Of a stretch of 31,864 bases of DNA, positions 29,150-31,864 are shown piece after piece. The notes under the pieces were generated by a model that saw nothing but the letters and a program-made list of their open reading frames with translations, did no database searches and was not told the DNA's origin. The position numbers and the translations under genes were made by a program. The DNA comes from Eledone cirrhosa (taxonomy: Eukaryota): assembly GCA_964016885.1 (NCBI GenBank), contig CAXHJY010001522.1, positions 1 to 31,864 on the forward strand, given 5' to 3'. The first letter of the stretch is position 1, and each line of letters starts with the position of its first letter.

Positions 29150-31864
29150 TCGAAAATTCTGTCAATTCCTTTAAGTTTCTGTTTTGCAACAATCATAGTA
29201 AAGCCCGGAACCAACTATCCACCGGGCATGGATCGCAACTTCCAGACAAACGTTCTTTCGAATACGAATGTCTCGTTCGAATATTTGCTACTACCACCGA
29301 GATATTTTTCTTTCGCATACGAATGTCTCGTTCGAATATTTGCTACTACCACCGAGATCTTTTTTTCGCATACGAATATTTGCTACTACCACCGAGATAT
29401 TTTTTTTTCGACTCACTGACTCACCAGTTTCCAGACAAACGTTCTTTCGGATACGAATGTCTCGTTCGTTATCGGAATCAAGCAGACGGATCGCCCCCTC
29501 TCCGGAATCGCAAATTCTGTCAATCCCTTTAAGTTTCTGTTTTGCAACAATCATAGTAAAACCCGGAACCAACTATCCACCGAGCATGGATCGCCACTTC
29601 CAGACAAACGTTCTTTCGCATACGAATGTCTCGTTCGAATATTTGCTACTACCACCGACAAACGTTCTTTCGCATACGAATGTCTCGTTCGAATATTTGC
29701 TACTACCACCGAGATATTTTTTTTTCGACTCACTGACTCACCAGTTTCCAGACAAACGTTCTTTCGGATACGAATGTCTCGTTCGTTATCGGAATCAAGC
29801 AGACGGATCGCCCCCTCTCCGGAATCGCAAATTCTGTCAATCCCTTTAAGTTTCTGTTTTGCAACAATCATAGTAAAACCCGGAACCAACTATCCACCGG
29901 GCATGGATCGCCACTTCCAGACAAACGTTCTTTCGCATACGAATGTCTCGTTCGAATATTTGCTACTACCACCGAGATATTTTTCTTTCGCATACGAATG
30001 TCTCGTTCGAATATTTGCTACTACCACCGAGATATTTTTTTTTCGACTCACTGACTCACCAGTTTCCAGACAAACGTTCTTTCGGATACGAATGTCTCGT
30101 TCGTTATCGGAATCAAGCAGACGGATCGCCCCCTCTCCGGAATCGCAAATTCTGTCAATCCCTTTAAGTTTCTGTTTTGCAACAATCATAGTAAAACCCG
30201 GAACCAACTATCCACCGAGCATGGATCGCCACTTCCAGACAAACGTTCTTTCGCATACGAATGTCTCGTTCGAATATTTGCTACTACCACCGAGATATTT
30301 TTTTTTCGACTCACTGACTCACCAGTTTCCAGACAAACGTTCTTTCGGATACGAATGTCTCGTTCGTTATCGGAATCAAGCAGACGGATCGCCCCCTCTC
30401 CGGAATGGCAAATTCTGTCAATCCCTTTAAGTTTCTGTTTTGCAACAATCATAGTAAAACCCGGAACCAACTATCCACCGGGCATGGATCGCCACTTCCA
30501 GACAAACGTTCTTTCGCATACGAATGTCTCGTTCGAATATTTGCTACTACCACCGACAAACGTTCTTTCGCATACGAATGTCTCGTTCGAATATTTGCTA
30601 CTACCACCGAGATATTTTTTTTTTCGACTCACTGACTCACCAGTTTCCAGACAAACGTTCTTTCGGATACGAATGTCTCGTTCGTTATCGGAATCAAGCA
30701 GACGGATCGCCCCCTCTCCGGAATGGCAAATTCTGTCAATCCCTTTAAGTTTCTGTTTTGCAACAATCATAGTAAAACCCGGAACCAACTATCCACCGGG
30801 CATGGATCGCCACTTCCAGACAAACGTTCTTTCGCATACGAATGTCTCGTTCGAATATTTGCTACTACCACCGACAAACGTTCTTTCGCATACGAATGTC
30901 TCGTTCGAATATTTGCTACTACCACCGACAAACGTTCTTTCGCATACGAATGTCTCGTTCGAATATTTGCTACTACCACCGAGATATTTTTTTTTCGACT
31001 CACTGACTCACCAGTTTCCAGACAAACGTTCTTTCGGATACGAATGTCTCGTTCGTTATCGGAATCAAGCAGACGGATCGCCCCCTCTCCGGAATCGCAA
31101 ATTCTGTCAATCCCTTTAAGTTTCTGTTTTGCAACAATCATAGTAAAACCCGGAACCAACTATCCACCGGGCATGGATCGCCACTTCCAGACAAACGTTC
31201 TTTCGCATACGAATGTCTCGTTCGAATATTTGCTACTACCACCGACAAACGTTCTTTCGCATACGAATGTCTCGTTCGAATATTTGCTACTACCACCGAG
31301 ATATTTTTTTTTCGACTCACTGACTCACCAGTTTCCAGACAAACGTTCTTTCGGATACGAATGTCTCGTTCGTTATCGGAATCAAGCAGACGGATCGCCC
31401 CCTCTCCGGAATCGCAAATTCTGTCAATCCCTTTAAGTTTCTGTTTTGCAACAATCATAGTAAAACCCGGAACCAACTATCCACCGGGCATGGATCGCCA
31501 CTTCCAGACAAACGTTCTTTCGCATACGAATGTCTCGTTCGAATATTTGCTACTACCACCGACAAACGTTCTTTCGCATACGAATGTCTCGTTCGAATAT
31601 TTGCTACTACCACCGAGATATTTTTTTTTCGACTCACTGACTCACCAGTTTCCAGACAAACGTTCTTTCGGATACGAATGTCTCGTTCGTTATCGGAATC
31701 AAGCAGACGGATCGCCCCCTCTCCGTAATCGCAAATTCTGTCAATCCCTTTAAGTTTCTGTTTTGCAACAATCATAGTAAAACCCGGAACCAACTATCCA
31801 CCGGGCATGGATCGCCACTTCCAGACAAACGTTCTTTCGCATACGAATGTCTCGTTCGAATATT
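29150..31864. repeat. Satellite with 263+54n-bp units (mostly 317-318 bp), >8 copies, runs off the window
   Basis: AAATTCTGTCAAT.CCTTTAAG at ~29154, 29512, 29829, 30147, 30410, 30728, 31099, 31416, 31733. Internal 54-bp subunit GACAAACGTTCTTTCGCATACGAATGTCTCGTTCGAATATTTGCTACTACCACC occurs in 1-3 copies per unit. Confidence 0.97.

Noticed and set aside
29228-31793. ORFs of up to 254 aa in the terminal satellite
   Set aside because: The reading frame shifts with unit length and poly-T variation; the peptides are translated repeats.
29150-31864. CRISPR-like array (regular short repeats with hairpins)
   Set aside because: Intervening sequences are identical rather than unique spacers, there are no cas genes, and the context is eukaryotic satellite DNA.

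Overview
Eukaryotic, essentially gene-free, repeat-dense window with subtelomere-like character, most likely from a cephalopod (Octopus-like). This is judged from recalled SINE and RTE sequences, (TA)n/(GA)n richness and TTAGGG tracts, not from a database search. The only intact long ORF is ORF2 (APE endonuclease + reverse transcriptase) of a young, 5'-truncated CR1-clade LINE (7928-11183) sitting inside a palindromic (TA)n(CA)nCG(TG)n microsatellite. Its ORF1/ORF2 junction carries a perfect -1 frameshift heptamer (G GGA AAC, then TAA), and ORF2 has no ATG ahead of the endonuclease domain. Other mobile DNA: RTE fossils, a CRE-like RLE fragment, a 5'-inverted R4/Dong-like insertion in a (TAA)n tract whose empty site survives in a nearby duplicate, mariner- and piggyBac-type MITEs, SINE fragments and two Helitron-type 3' ends. 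The right half holds (i) an ~8.6-kb CpG-rich array of 1584-bp units, each containing an ~1-kb palindrome, which starts next to a Helitron 3' terminus and ends in a telomere-like 16-mer repeat, and (ii) a satellite with units of about 263+54n bp running off the window end. Nearly all short ORFs in the track are repeat artefacts.
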